From Phycisphaerae bacterium (GTDB taxonomy: Bacteria; Planctomycetota; Phycisphaerae; UBA1845), in contig JAJDEB010000036.1 of the NCBI GenBank assembly GCA_029260015.1, positions 1,226,554-1,290,553 of the forward strand: 64,000 bases of DNA, written 5' to 3'. Each line of letters begins with the position of its first letter. The first letter of the stretch is position 1. Below are positions 18,485 to 27,918 of the stretch, piece after piece. The notes below the pieces were generated by a model that saw only the letters and a list, made by a program, of their open reading frames with translations, searched no databases and had not been told where the DNA came from. Both the position numbers and the translations under genes were made by a program.

Positions 18485-18934
18485 TCCCAACCTAGCGACG
18501 CGGTGGCCTCTAACATGTAGCTCTGACGTTGGATGGAACAAAGAGCGAACTCCTTTTCATGAAGGCACGCTATTGCGAATCGTACCGAGTCGTGACCCCT
18601 GCCGGGTCGCAAAGACTTGTCGATTTGGCCCTGTCTGAATCTCCCAAATGACCGCATCCGAAGCATCCAATTCGGGCGGTTCGCATTGTAGGATCGCTTG
18701 GCGGTGTCGTCTATGGCCAACCCGCCCTACGTCTCACTGTTTCACAGGCACACTGCTTCGATCGGCAGATACGTCCATTGAGCGGGCTAGACAAAGGTGG
18801 TAATTTGCGTCGGCTGACAACTCGATACATCGTGATTTTGGAGTCGCACCATCTCTGACAATATCCCCCAATCCAACGACCGCCCCAACCAGGACCTGCT
18901 GCGCCTTGCCATTCGGCGAATTGTTAAAATCGCA

Positions 18935-19672
18935 ATGTTGGGTGCGCTCGCATCCGTCGGATGCGCCGACAAATTTCGCGATCGCAAACCGGCGATGATG
19001 CTATCGGATTCAGACGTCGATCAATATATCGCGATTGCGACGAACGACCCGTCGGCTGACGAGCGCCGCGGCGCCGTCAAACGCCTCGGCAAAAGTAAGC
19101 AACTGACCGATCAATCGGTGATCGAAACCTTGATCGACGTGGCCACAACCGATGAAAGCGCACCCGTCCGGGCGACAGCAATGCTGGTGTTGGATCAATC
19201 TGAATCGCCCCAAGCCTGCGATGCCGCGCTGGCGATTCTTCGCGAAGACACCCAACAGAAACTGCCAGTCGACAATGACTCCGTTCGGTCAGCGGCGATC
19301 AAAACGATTCGACACTGCGTCGATGAGAACCGCGCGGCTGCCGAAGAACTCGCATCGTCGGTGGCGCTGGCTGGCGAGGTGGTTGAGAAGGATCGCTCGC
19401 GTCATGTGCGCCTGGAAGCCGTCCGAATGCTCGGCTGTTTTCCGAAGCGCGAGGCGCTCGATGTCTTGATTTCGGCGCTGAGCCAACGCGATTTCGGCAT
19501 TTGCTATGAAGCCGAAAAATCGCTACACCGACTCACCGGCGAATCGTACGATTGCAATGCCGACGATTGGCGCATCTTTGTTTCAGGGACAGCCAACCCC
19601 TTCGCCAACGCCCCGGAAGACATGCCGCAACAAACGGCTGACAAACGATCGTGGTTTGATTGGAATCGCTAG
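18935..19672 (+). CDS. HEAT-repeat (PBS-lyase-like) lipoprotein
   Basis: Repeats ERRGAVKRLG, APVRATAMLVL, HVRLEAVRMLG. Lipobox-like ASVG-C. The true start is probably an upstream CTG (see findings). Confidence 0.65.
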   Translation: MLGALASVGCADKFRDRKPAMMLSDSDVDQYIAIATNDPSADERRGAVKRLGKSKQLTDQSVIETLIDVATTDESAPVRATAMLVLDQSESPQACDAALAILREDTQQKLPVDNDSVRSAAIKTIRHCVDENRAAAEELASSVALAGEVVEKDRSRHVRLEAVRMLGCFPKREALDVLISALSQRDFGICYEAEKSLHRLTGESYDCNADDWRIFVSGTANPFANAPEDMPQQTADKRSWFDWNR

Positions 19673-19688
19673 ATTTAGGAAGCACGCA

Positions 19689-20645
19689 TTGAGAGCTCTC
19701 GTCTTTGACAAACAACTGTCCTTTCGCGACGACGTTCCCGACCCGACTCCGGGAGACAAAGAGTGTCTGATCAAAGTGCGCTATGCGGGTATCTGCAGCA
19801 CTGACGTCGCCATCATGCAAGGGTACATGGGCTTTGCGGGTGTACTCGGTCACGAGATGGTTGGCGAAGTCGTCACCGGCCCCGATGAGTGGGTTGGCAA
19901 ACGCGTCGCCTGCGAAATCAACTGCGTCTGCCAGACGTGCCCCATGTGCCAAGCCGGTTTATCCAATCACTGCCCGAACCGCACCGTATTGGGCATTCTC
20001 AATAAGGACGGGTGTTTCGCGGACTTTGTCACCATGCCGGTTCGCAACCTTCACGAGATCCCCGAGACCGTTTCGGATGAGGAAGCCGTTTTCGTCGAAC
20101 CGTTGGCCGCTGCCTGGCAGGTCATTAAGCAGGTTCCGCTCGACGAACGCATGCACGTCAGCGTGGTCGGTAGCGGCAAACTCGGGCTGCTCATCGCCCA
20201 GGTCGTTGCGACGCTCGACTGCCGCCTCGATGTGATCGGTCGCAATCCGCACACGTTGGAACTGGCTGAGAAGAAACATATTCAATCAATCGACGTACAA
20301 CGGTTAGCCCCGCGACAGGATCGCGATGTGGTTATCGAATGCACCGGATCGCCGCAAGGGTTGGCGATCGCGCAACAGTTGGTCCGCCCGCGCGGGACGA
20401 TCGTTCTAAAAAGCACCTATGCAGACGGTGGGAAGATCGACCTCGCCCCAACAGTCATCAACGAAGTCAATATCGTGGGTAGTCGTTGCGGCCCCTTCGC
20501 CGACGCCATCGCCTCACTCGCCCGCCGGCAGATCGACGTGCGTTCGATGATTACCCGCACCATCGGCATCGAACGCGGGCTCGAAGCATTCGAAATCAAC
20601 GCCAAACCCAACACCGTCAAAGTGCTGCTCAAGATCAACCCGTGA
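19689..20645 (+). CDS. zinc-dependent medium-chain alcohol/threonine dehydrogenase family protein
   Basis: Motifs GICSTDV, GHEMVGEV, structural-Zn cysteines CQTCPMCQAGLSNHC, Rossmann GSGKLG. TTG 19689 has AGGAAG 6 nt upstream and avoids overlap with the HEAT gene. Confidence 0.8.
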   Translation: MRALVFDKQLSFRDDVPDPTPGDKECLIKVRYAGICSTDVAIMQGYMGFAGVLGHEMVGEVVTGPDEWVGKRVACEINCVCQTCPMCQAGLSNHCPNRTVLGILNKDGCFADFVTMPVRNLHEIPETVSDEEAVFVEPLAAAWQVIKQVPLDERMHVSVVGSGKLGLLIAQVVATLDCRLDVIGRNPHTLELAEKKHIQSIDVQRLAPRQDRDVVIECTGSPQGLAIAQQLVRPRGTIVLKSTYADGGKIDLAPTVINEVNIVGSRCGPFADAIASLARRQIDVRSMITRTIGIERGLEAFEINAKPNTVKVLLKINP

Positions 20646-21436
20646 TGCATGCCTCCACGCAAAATGCCGATGCTTGCTGGTCACCGCCGCATGTGACCGA
20701 CGAAATCTTTTGGCGATCGTCATTCGTCAACGAACTTGGTGGCGTAAAGCACGCGTTCGCACCGCTCGGTTGCAACATGTCCAAGACAAGCGGCAGCGAT
20801 ACCGACAGCACCATCCCGCGACGGGTCAAGGCGTGTGCGGCGATAGGTTCATCGATCGAACGACTCGTTTGCGCGAAACAAGCCCACGAACAAAATATCG
20901 CAGTCGTCGGTGCCAAAGATGGACGGCGCGTCCTTGAGGGGGTAGACGGCTTCGCAACTGATGATCCCGGCGTCACCTTAATGGCATTTACAGCCGACTG
21001 CCCAACAGTAATGGTTTTCGATCCTACGCAGAAAGTGCTGGGCCTTGTCCATAGCGGGTGGAAGGGTTCGTGTTTGAATGTCGTCGCGGCATTGATCGCA
21101 ACGATGACCGAAACCCTTGGTGCCAACATGTCGGCAGCGTGGGCGACCATCGGCCCCTGCGCCGGCGGTTGCTGCTACGAAATCAAACAAGACGTCGCCG
21201 AACAAGTCGAAGCCAGTACTGTTGACGCCTCGACGGTCCTGCGACATGCGACAAACGAATCGAAGTTTTATCTGAATCTGCCGATGATGATCGCAGCGCA
21301 GTTGCAACAATGGGGTATCGCACCAAAGCAAATCGGATTGCCGTCTCAATGCACTATTTGTGATACGCGTTTTTATTCTTACCGCCGGCAAGGGCCCAAT
21401 GCTGGGCAGGCGGCACTTTTGGCGCGGATTGCTTAA
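20645..21436 (+). CDS. pgeF: YfiH/PgeF family protein (DUF152)
   Basis: Motifs FTADCPTVMVFD, LVHSGWKG, CTICDTRFYSYRR. The ATG overlaps the ADH stop (GTGATG). Confidence 0.75.
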   Translation: MHASTQNADACWSPPHVTDEIFWRSSFVNELGGVKHAFAPLGCNMSKTSGSDTDSTIPRRVKACAAIGSSIERLVCAKQAHEQNIAVVGAKDGRRVLEGVDGFATDDPGVTLMAFTADCPTVMVFDPTQKVLGLVHSGWKGSCLNVVAALIATMTETLGANMSAAWATIGPCAGGCCYEIKQDVAEQVEASTVDASTVLRHATNESKFYLNLPMMIAAQLQQWGIAPKQIGLPSQCTICDTRFYSYRRQGPNAGQAALLARIA

Positions 21437-21437
21437 A

Positions 21438-22424
21438 CTACTGGCCGACCGGGCACGCTTCGTAGATATCGCGGATGGTTCGCACTTCGGCATCGGACAG
21501 CGGGATGCCTGCGCCAGACAGATTGCATTCGACCTGGCGCTTGTTTCGGAAACCGGGTATCACGCATGCTACGCGATCGTGGGACAGGACATATTGCAGC
21601 GCGACGCGGGCCATCTCTTCGATGGATGAACCGAATATTTCTTTGATCTGATCGACGCATACATTGGCCGCCCGCAACTTGTCGGCTTTGAACTTGTCGC
21701 GGTTGCTGCGGATGTCGCCTTCGGGAAATGCGGGCGCTTTCTCGCTGCTGTACTTGCCCAGCAAAATCCCTTGATTCAGCGGGCTGAACGCGACGAAGGC
21801 CATGTCGAATGCCTCAAGTAATGTATGAACCGCCCCGCCGCTGCGAATGAAACGATCGTCCATGCAGTGGGACCAGCTTTGCAGCACCGTGGGTTTGATC
21901 TTCGGAACGAGTCGCGTGAAATCGTCGTCGCTGTACGCGCTTAGACCGATCGCCCGAATTTTACCCTCATCCTTCAAGCGATTGGCCACCTCGACCGCAC
22001 CATCGACATACATGTCGGAATCACCGAAGTCGCCATGATGGAAGTAGTATACGTCGATGTAATCGGTATTCAGATTGCGAAGCGATTGCTCGCATTGATG
22101 GCGAATGTGCAGCGGGTCGTAGGCGTGGACGGCTGTCCCTTTGAAATGACCGACTTTGGTCGCGACGACGACGTCCTTACGCCGATCACCCAAGGCCTTG
22201 GCCAGCATCCGTTCCGCTCGACCATTGCCATACACGTCGGCATTGTCGAAATGATTCACCCCTTGATCGATGGCGTAATGGACCGCATCGATGCATTCGG
22301 TTTCATCGACATCAGCCCAGCCAACCGGGTTGCCCTCCGACCAGTTCGGACCGCCCATCGTCCAGCAACCGAGGCTGACTTCGGAGACTTCGATTCCGCT
22401 ATGACCTAACCTTCGCTTTTCCAT
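21438..22424 (-). CDS. aldo/keto reductase
   Basis: MEKRRLGHSGIEVSEVSLGCWTMGG and FDNADVYGNGRAE. The 63 N-terminal aa in the ORF track run through a repeat element and were dropped. Confidence 0.85.
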   Translation of the reverse strand: MEKRRLGHSGIEVSEVSLGCWTMGGPNWSEGNPVGWADVDETECIDAVHYAIDQGVNHFDNADVYGNGRAERMLAKALGDRRKDVVVATKVGHFKGTAVHAYDPLHIRHQCEQSLRNLNTDYIDVYYFHHGDFGDSDMYVDGAVEVANRLKDEGKIRAIGLSAYSDDDFTRLVPKIKPTVLQSWSHCMDDRFIRSGGAVHTLLEAFDMAFVAFSPLNQGILLGKYSSEKAPAFPEGDIRSNRDKFKADKLRAANVCVDQIKEIFGSSIEEMARVALQYVLSHDRVACVIPGFRNKRQVECNLSGAGIPLSDAEVRTIRDIYEACPVGQ

Positions 22425-22437
22425 CACCCCTCCGCGC

Positions 22438-22505
22438 CGTAGGGCGGGCCGTGCCCACCAGTGCATTGACGCGCCCGAACGGCGGTGGGCACGGCCCACC
22501 CTACG
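22438..22505. repeat. family A REPIN-like nested palindrome, copy 1
   Basis: GTAGGGCGGGCCGTGCCCACC, a 24-nt spacer, then GGTGGGCACGGCCCACCCTAC. Lies between the icd stop and the AKR start. Confidence 0.9.
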
Positions 22506-22515
22506 AACGACATCA

Positions 22516-23781
22516 CTACATGTGCTTGATGACGGCGTCACCGAATTCGCTGCACTTGAGCAGCTTCGCACCTTCCATCTGGCGATGGAAATCGTAAGTA
22601 ACTGTCTTCGCACCGATCGCGCCGTCGATTCCCTTAAGTACAGCGTCAGCCGCTTCGGTCCAACCGAGATAGCGGAACATCATTTCACCCGAAAGAATCA
22701 CCGAACCCGGGTTCACTTTGTCCTGATCGGCGTACTTCGGTGCGGTTCCGTGCGTGGCTTCGAAGATCGCAGTACCGGTGTCGTAATTGATGTTGCCACC
22801 CGGTGCGATTCCGATTCCGCCCACGCATGCGGCGAGCGCGTCGGAAATATAATCGCCGTTGAGGTTCATCGTGGTGATCACGCTGTACTCAGCCGGTCGC
22901 AGCAACAACTGCTGAAGGAACGCGTCGGCGATCACATCTTTGATGATGATCTGCTTACCGGTCTTGGGATTCTTAAAGTGCGTCCAGGGTCCGCCGTCAA
23001 GCTCGGTCGCTCCGAACATGTCTTTGGAAATCTGATAGCCCCAATCGCGGAATCCACCCTCGGTGAATTTCATGATGTTGCCTTTGTGGATCAAGGTGAC
23101 CGAAGGCTTGTCGTTGTCGATCGCGTATTTGATCGCCGCTTTGACGATCCGCTCGGTGCCTTCCTGGCTGACGGGTTTGATACCGATGCCAGTCGATTCG
23201 GGGAAACGAATCTTCTTGTACATCTCGGGGAACTCAGCTTTGAAAAGCTTCATGAAACGTTTGGTGTCTTCAGCTCCGTTTTCAAATTCGATGCCGGCAT
23301 AAATGTCTTCCGAGTTTTCGCGGAAGATAACCATGTCGGTTTTTTCGGGATGCTTCACCGGTGACGGCACGCCGCTAAAGTATTGCACTGGACGCAGGCA
23401 TGTGTAGAGGTCGAGCTGCTGCCGAAGGGCGACATTCAATGACCGAATCCCGCCACCGACCGGCGTCGTCAACGGACCTTTGATGCCGACCAGATACGTT
23501 TCAAATGCCTTGAGCGTTTCGTCGGGCAGCCATGACCCGGTGGCGTCGTGCGCCTTCTCGCCCGCCAACACTTCGTACCATGCGATCTTGCGCTCACCGC
23601 CGTAGGCATTCTCTACCGCAGCATCGAAAACCCTGACCGCCGCCCGCCAAATGTCGCGTCCGATGCCATCGCCTTCGATGAACGGAATGACCGGATTGCT
23701 GGGGACGTTCAAGCCGTCCTTGCCCATGGTGATCGTAGCGCCCGAGGTGGGTGGTTTGAGTTCTGCTGAAGCGGTATTCAT
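22516..23781 (-). CDS. icd: isocitrate dehydrogenase (NADP-dependent)
   Basis: Motifs [48 protein letters not shown] 23781. Confidence 0.9.
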   Translation of the reverse strand: MNTASAELKPPTSGATITMGKDGLNVPSNPVIPFIEGDGIGRDIWRAAVRVFDAAVENAYGGERKIAWYEVLAGEKAHDATGSWLPDETLKAFETYLVGIKGPLTTPVGGGIRSLNVALRQQLDLYTCLRPVQYFSGVPSPVKHPEKTDMVIFRENSEDIYAGIEFENGAEDTKRFMKLFKAEFPEMYKKIRFPESTGIGIKPVSQEGTERIVKAAIKYAIDNDKPSVTLIHKGNIMKFTEGGFRDWGYQISKDMFGATELDGGPWTHFKNPKTGKQIIIKDVIADAFLQQLLLRPAEYSVITTMNLNGDYISDALAACVGGIGIAPGGNINYDTGTAIFEATHGTAPKYADQDKVNPGSVILSGEMMFRYLGWTEAADAVLKGIDGAIGAKTVTYDFHRQMEGAKLLKCSEFGDAVIKHM

Positions 23782-24018
23782 CGCATCGAATCCTTGCAAA
23801 ATATCGGTGAAAAAAGACACGTTTTGTTGGCTGACAGGCGAGTGGCGGATCGTAACGGTCGCCCCCGAAAGTGTCAACGCGGCGGCGTTGCGGCTGGACC
23901 GTTTGGGGTAATTCGACTAAAAGAATGCGCTTTCGGGCGCGGTCTATCAATATTCATCGGAAACGTGCCAGTGCGACTGCGGAATGGGTTTTTCCCGACC
24001 GCATCGATCGGGAGAGGC

Positions 24019-24927
24019 ATGCCCTTTCATTTCAAACAAATGCGACTAATCAAACTGATCGTCGTTATAGGCCTGATGACCAGCGCCACCCAGTCGGCAA
24101 TCGCTTGGGACGCGCCGGTTCCGTCATCCGAAAGCTTCCCGCTTGAAGCCGCGTGGGCAAGATTTCTCTTTAAGCATGTAAGCGATTCGGGCCTCGTCGA
24201 TTACAAGATCGCTAAGACAGACCTCGACCTCAGCTCATATGTTGGCCGACTCGCGAAAATCGATCTGAGCAAGCTAAAGGGTTCTGACGAACGCAAGGTG
24301 TTTTGGATCAACGCATACAACGCGCTTGCGATTTATGGCGTGACGTTGCGCCTGCCAGATGACGAGAAAGATTGGGCTGCATTTTCCGTTGTTGACCAAC
24401 CCATCGACGGCTTGCCGCCCGACAAGGGTTTCTTTGTCGGTATTCGGTTTGACGTTGGCGGGATGCGACTTTCGCTCGACGACATCGAGAAACGAATTCT
24501 TCTCCGCCAATGGGACGGGCTAAGTGACGACGATCGTAAACAATTCAAACGTCTCGCGCCGGACAAAGGCGACCCCCGCATTCACTTCGCTCTGGTGTGC
24601 TGCGCTGTCGGCTGCCCTGTCCTAAGTCGCGAGCCATACGTCGCAGACCGTCTCGAAGAACAGTTAAATCGGGCAACCCAATCGTTTCTCACTGACAAAA
24701 ATCGCAGTCAATTTGAGTCGACTGAGAAGATTTGGTCGGTGTCAGAATTGATACAATGGTACCAATCCGACTTTATTGACCCAAAATACTCGAATTCCAG
24801 CCCCAGTGTCTTGACGTTTGCGGCTGACAACGTGCAAGATACCTCGCTTGCAACGTCATTGCGAACGGACACGTGGAGCGTTTCGTACCTCAAATACGAT
24901 TGGCGATTGAACAACTGGCGCAAATAA
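24019..24927 (+). CDS. DUF547-domain protein with signal peptide
   Basis: FWINAYNALAIYGV and HFALVCCAVGCPVL are typical of DUF547. GGAGAGG lies upstream of ATG 24019. Confidence 0.7.
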   Translation: MPFHFKQMRLIKLIVVIGLMTSATQSAIAWDAPVPSSESFPLEAAWARFLFKHVSDSGLVDYKIAKTDLDLSSYVGRLAKIDLSKLKGSDERKVFWINAYNALAIYGVTLRLPDDEKDWAAFSVVDQPIDGLPPDKGFFVGIRFDVGGMRLSLDDIEKRILLRQWDGLSDDDRKQFKRLAPDKGDPRIHFALVCCAVGCPVLSREPYVADRLEEQLNRATQSFLTDKNRSQFESTEKIWSVSELIQWYQSDFIDPKYSNSSPSVLTFAADNVQDTSLATSLRTDTWSVSYLKYDWRLNNWRK

Positions 24928-24990
24928 TCGCCGATTACAACCGAATCCATCTGCAATTCATGCCCACTGGTCCAGCGCTGAACACCAGAT

Positions 24991-25017
24991 GACACCTGGA
25001 GCCAGAGACACCTGGAG
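24991..25017 (+). promoter_or_regulatory. tandem 11-nt direct repeat upstream of the GT2 gene
   Basis: GACACCTGGAG at 24991..25001 and 25007..25017. The second copy ends 12 nt before TTG 25030. Confidence 0.4.
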
Positions 25018-25029
25018 ATCGATAACAGT

Positions 25030-26583
25030 TTGCAACCCATACTCGTTGACATTTCATTCGTTTTGTTTCTCGTAGCCACCCTCGCAGCAGCGAGTTATGG
25101 CCTCCACCTCGCCGTCCTGCTCGCACTCTTTACGCGCAAACAGAAAGCCAAACGCGCCGAGCAGAAAGCAACGATCGACGGTTTTGTCGAAGCTGACGAT
25201 CGCGCATCCTGGCCCATCGTCACCACGCAGCTTCCGGTCTATAACGAATCCGATGTGGTGACCCGCCTCATCGATGCGGTGGTGGCGCTCGACTATCCGA
25301 AGGACAAGCACGAGATTCAGGTTCTTGACGACAGCACCGATCAGTGCAGCAAACTGATCGACAAGATCGTTCGCCAATACGCCAACCAGGGTTACGACAT
25401 CAAAGCCGTTCGTCGAAATGACCGCCACGGATACAAAGCCGGCGCGCTCGCCCACGCAACACCGCAGGCGAAAGGTGAATTCCTGGCTATCTTCGATGCC
25501 GACTTCGCACCGTCGCCCGAATTCCTCAAGAAGTGCATCGCCCTATTAGTGGCCAATCCCAAAGCCGCATGCATGCAGGGACGATGGGGCCATCTCAACC
25601 GAGACGAATCGTGGCTGACCCGCGCTCAGGCATTGGGCATCGACGGACACTTCGCGATTGAGCAAGGTGCCCGCGCCTGGAACGGCTTACTGATGAACTT
25701 CAATGGGACGGCTGGCATCTGGCGCAAGGCTGCGATCCTCGACGAGGAGGTTGGCGGATGGTCGGCTGACACGCTTACCGAAGATCTGGACCTTTCCTAT
25801 CGCGCACAACTCGCCGGTTGGGAAATAGAGTACTGCGTCGATGTTGCGTGTCCTGCCGAACTTCCGGGAACAGCCAACGCGTTTAAGAGTCAGCAGCGGC
25901 GCTGGGCGACCGGATCGATTCAAGTCGCCCGTAAGTTGTTGCCGCGCATCTGGCGTTCACATTTGTCGCTGGCTCAGAAGGTTGAGGCGTCGCTGCACCT
26001 GACGCATTACACGGTGGCTGTGTTCATGCTGATCCTCGCCGTGGTGGCGCGGCCGATGCTCTTGATCTGGCTCAAGGGTGCGCACTTTCAGGATTGGTTC
26101 TATGCTGTTTGGGCAATTGTCTGCGTGACCGCGCTCATTCCGTCGGCGGTCTATACCTACGCACGATACTCACTTGGTGAAGGTTGGGGCGGAATCCGCG
26201 TAATACCGGGCATGCTGCTTTTGGGCATGGGCATTTGCGTGAACAACTCGATCGCCGTGATCCGTGGTCTATATCTCAAGGGCGGAGAATTCGTCCGAAC
26301 ACCGAAGTCCGGAAGCGTCGAGGGGCGTCGGGCGAGGAGCAATTACCAAGTCGCTCAGCAGCAACTTTGGCTGGTTGAAATCCTGCTCGGCATATATTCA
26401 CTTTGGACCTTCAAGCAGTACCTCGACTACAACCGATATTTCTTCAGTGTCTTCCTGTTGCTGTACGGGCTGGGGTTTCTGTGGATGGGCGTGTTGTCGC
26501 GACCGGAACGTCCCAAGGGTGGCCAGACGGATGAAAGTGCTGAACCCAGCGCGTCAACGGCCATTCAAGCGACGTCCAACTAA
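25030..26583 (+). CDS. family-2 glycosyltransferase, membrane-embedded processive type
   Basis: Motifs QLPVYNES, DDSTD, FDADF, TEDLDLSYR, QQRRWATG (QxxRW). One N-terminal TM and a C-terminal multi-TM region. TTG start. Confidence 0.85.
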   Translation: MQPILVDISFVLFLVATLAAASYGLHLAVLLALFTRKQKAKRAEQKATIDGFVEADDRASWPIVTTQLPVYNESDVVTRLIDAVVALDYPKDKHEIQVLDDSTDQCSKLIDKIVRQYANQGYDIKAVRRNDRHGYKAGALAHATPQAKGEFLAIFDADFAPSPEFLKKCIALLVANPKAACMQGRWGHLNRDESWLTRAQALGIDGHFAIEQGARAWNGLLMNFNGTAGIWRKAAILDEEVGGWSADTLTEDLDLSYRAQLAGWEIEYCVDVACPAELPGTANAFKSQQRRWATGSIQVARKLLPRIWRSHLSLAQKVEASLHLTHYTVAVFMLILAVVARPMLLIWLKGAHFQDWFYAVWAIVCVTALIPSAVYTYARYSLGEGWGGIRVIPGMLLLGMGICVNNSIAVIRGLYLKGGEFVRTPKSGSVEGRRARSNYQVAQQQLWLVEILLGIYSLWTFKQYLDYNRYFFSVFLLLYGLGFLWMGVLSRPERPKGGQTDESAEPSASTAIQATSN

Positions 26584-26619
26584 CTTTTGTAAGCATCAAC
26601 GGATCGCCTTTCCAAACGC

Positions 26620-27918
26620 ATGGGCGAAACAAACGAATCAAACGATCACCGGTTGGCAAAACCGATCCTATTCGGTTGGTTGCTTGTTATTGCGTTCGTT
26701 GGCGTTTGTGCGTTTCTGATCGACTACCGCCATCATCTTCGCGCATTTCAAATTGCCTGGGGCGTAGGATGCGTCGGTTATGGCCTCATCATCTTTGCAC
26801 TCATCAGGCACCCATCGCATCGACTGGGTTCCTGGCCAATATGGTTTCTGGGCATCGTCGCCATTCGCATTGCCCTCTTGCACACTGTGCCAAGCGACGA
26901 TCTGCACCGATACGTTTGGGAAGGTAAGATCCAGCGGTACGGCTTAAATCCTTACGTCACCGTTCCCGAAAACATCGATCACGTCGAACTCACCCAGAAC
27001 GATTCCAACTGGTCACGCATCAATCATCGCGACTTTCCGGCGATCTATCCGCCATTGTCGCAACTGCTCTTTCGCTTGACGAGCATGATCGGTGACTCGG
27101 TATACATCGTCAAAGGCGCGATCGTCTTCATCGAACTGTTGGCCATTTTGGTTTTGGGTCGGTTGCTTATCGCCCTCGATCGATCACCGCATTGGGCTGC
27201 GGTGTTTGCACTATGCCCGTTGACGATCACGACAATCGCCATCGACGGTCATCAAGACTCGTTGATGATTCTTGCGCTGGCAACCGCATCCCTGGCGGCG
27301 ACGCGTAAACTATTTTGGATGTGTGGTGCATTCCTGGGGGCCGCGATTTCAACCAAGACAGTGGCTTTGATCCTGTTACCGTGGCTCTTTTTTCAAAGAC
27401 CGCTAGCGCTTGTGGCAACTGTAGCCGTCGCCGTCATTTGTTATCTGCCGTTTGCCGATGCCGGCATTCATGTGTTTGACAGTCTACTGCGATTTGGAAA
27501 CTCAGAGACAAGCCTTGGTCTGCTCGTCACCATGATCGAGCCAGTCCTCGGTGGTGATCAGGCGCGCATGTTTGCTGCATTTGTCGTCGCCGCATTCGCC
27601 ATGGCATTGGCGACCAAGCGACTTGAACTGCCGCAATATGCAGCGCGGGTGTTTGCGATGCTGATCTTCGCCCTTCCGGTGGTCCAGGCTTGGTATTTGA
27701 ATTGGTTCCTTGCATTCGCCTGGTCGCGCGTGCGAATTGCCTGGTTGATTTTGTGCATGCTGGCCATCTTTTATTTTGAAGCCGAAGCCAGCCTCGCATT
27801 AACCGGCGAGTGGAAGATGCCATCGTGGGTGTTCGCCGCGTGGTACGCGCCGTTTGCGCTGGCATGGGTCGTTGAGTTTATTTGGATCAAGCGATCGCGA
27901 CGTCGAGGCGAAGACTAA
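26620..27918 (+). CDS. polytopic membrane protein, GT-C/DUF2029-like putative glycosyltransferase
   Basis: More than 10 predicted TM helices. First loop is HRYVWEGKIQRYGLNPY..DFPAIYPPLSQLLF. Lies 36 nt downstream of the GT2 gene. Confidence 0.55.
   Translation: MGETNESNDHRLAKPILFGWLLVIAFVGVCAFLIDYRHHLRAFQIAWGVGCVGYGLIIFALIRHPSHRLGSWPIWFLGIVAIRIALLHTVPSDDLHRYVWEGKIQRYGLNPYVTVPENIDHVELTQNDSNWSRINHRDFPAIYPPLSQLLFRLTSMIGDSVYIVKGAIVFIELLAILVLGRLLIALDRSPHWAAVFALCPLTITTIAIDGHQDSLMILALATASLAATRKLFWMCGAFLGAAISTKTVALILLPWLFFQRPLALVATVAVAVICYLPFADAGIHVFDSLLRFGNSETSLGLLVTMIEPVLGGDQARMFAAFVVAAFAMALATKRLELPQYAARVFAMLIFALPVVQAWYLNWFLAFAWSRVRIAWLILCMLAIFYFEAEASLALTGEWKMPSWVFAAWYAPFALAWVVEFIWIKRSRRRGED

Noticed and set aside
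22425-22613. N-terminal extensions in the ORF track that read through repeat elements. Examples: AKR ..VGRAHRRSGASMHWW.., argF MGTAHPTHY.., 33416..33745, 40940..41143, and the biotin carboxylase extension MCHCSVSS...
   Set aside because: The extensions are translations of the family A and B palindromes. Conserved protein N-termini begin at internal ATGs, some with a recognisable Shine-Dalgarno.
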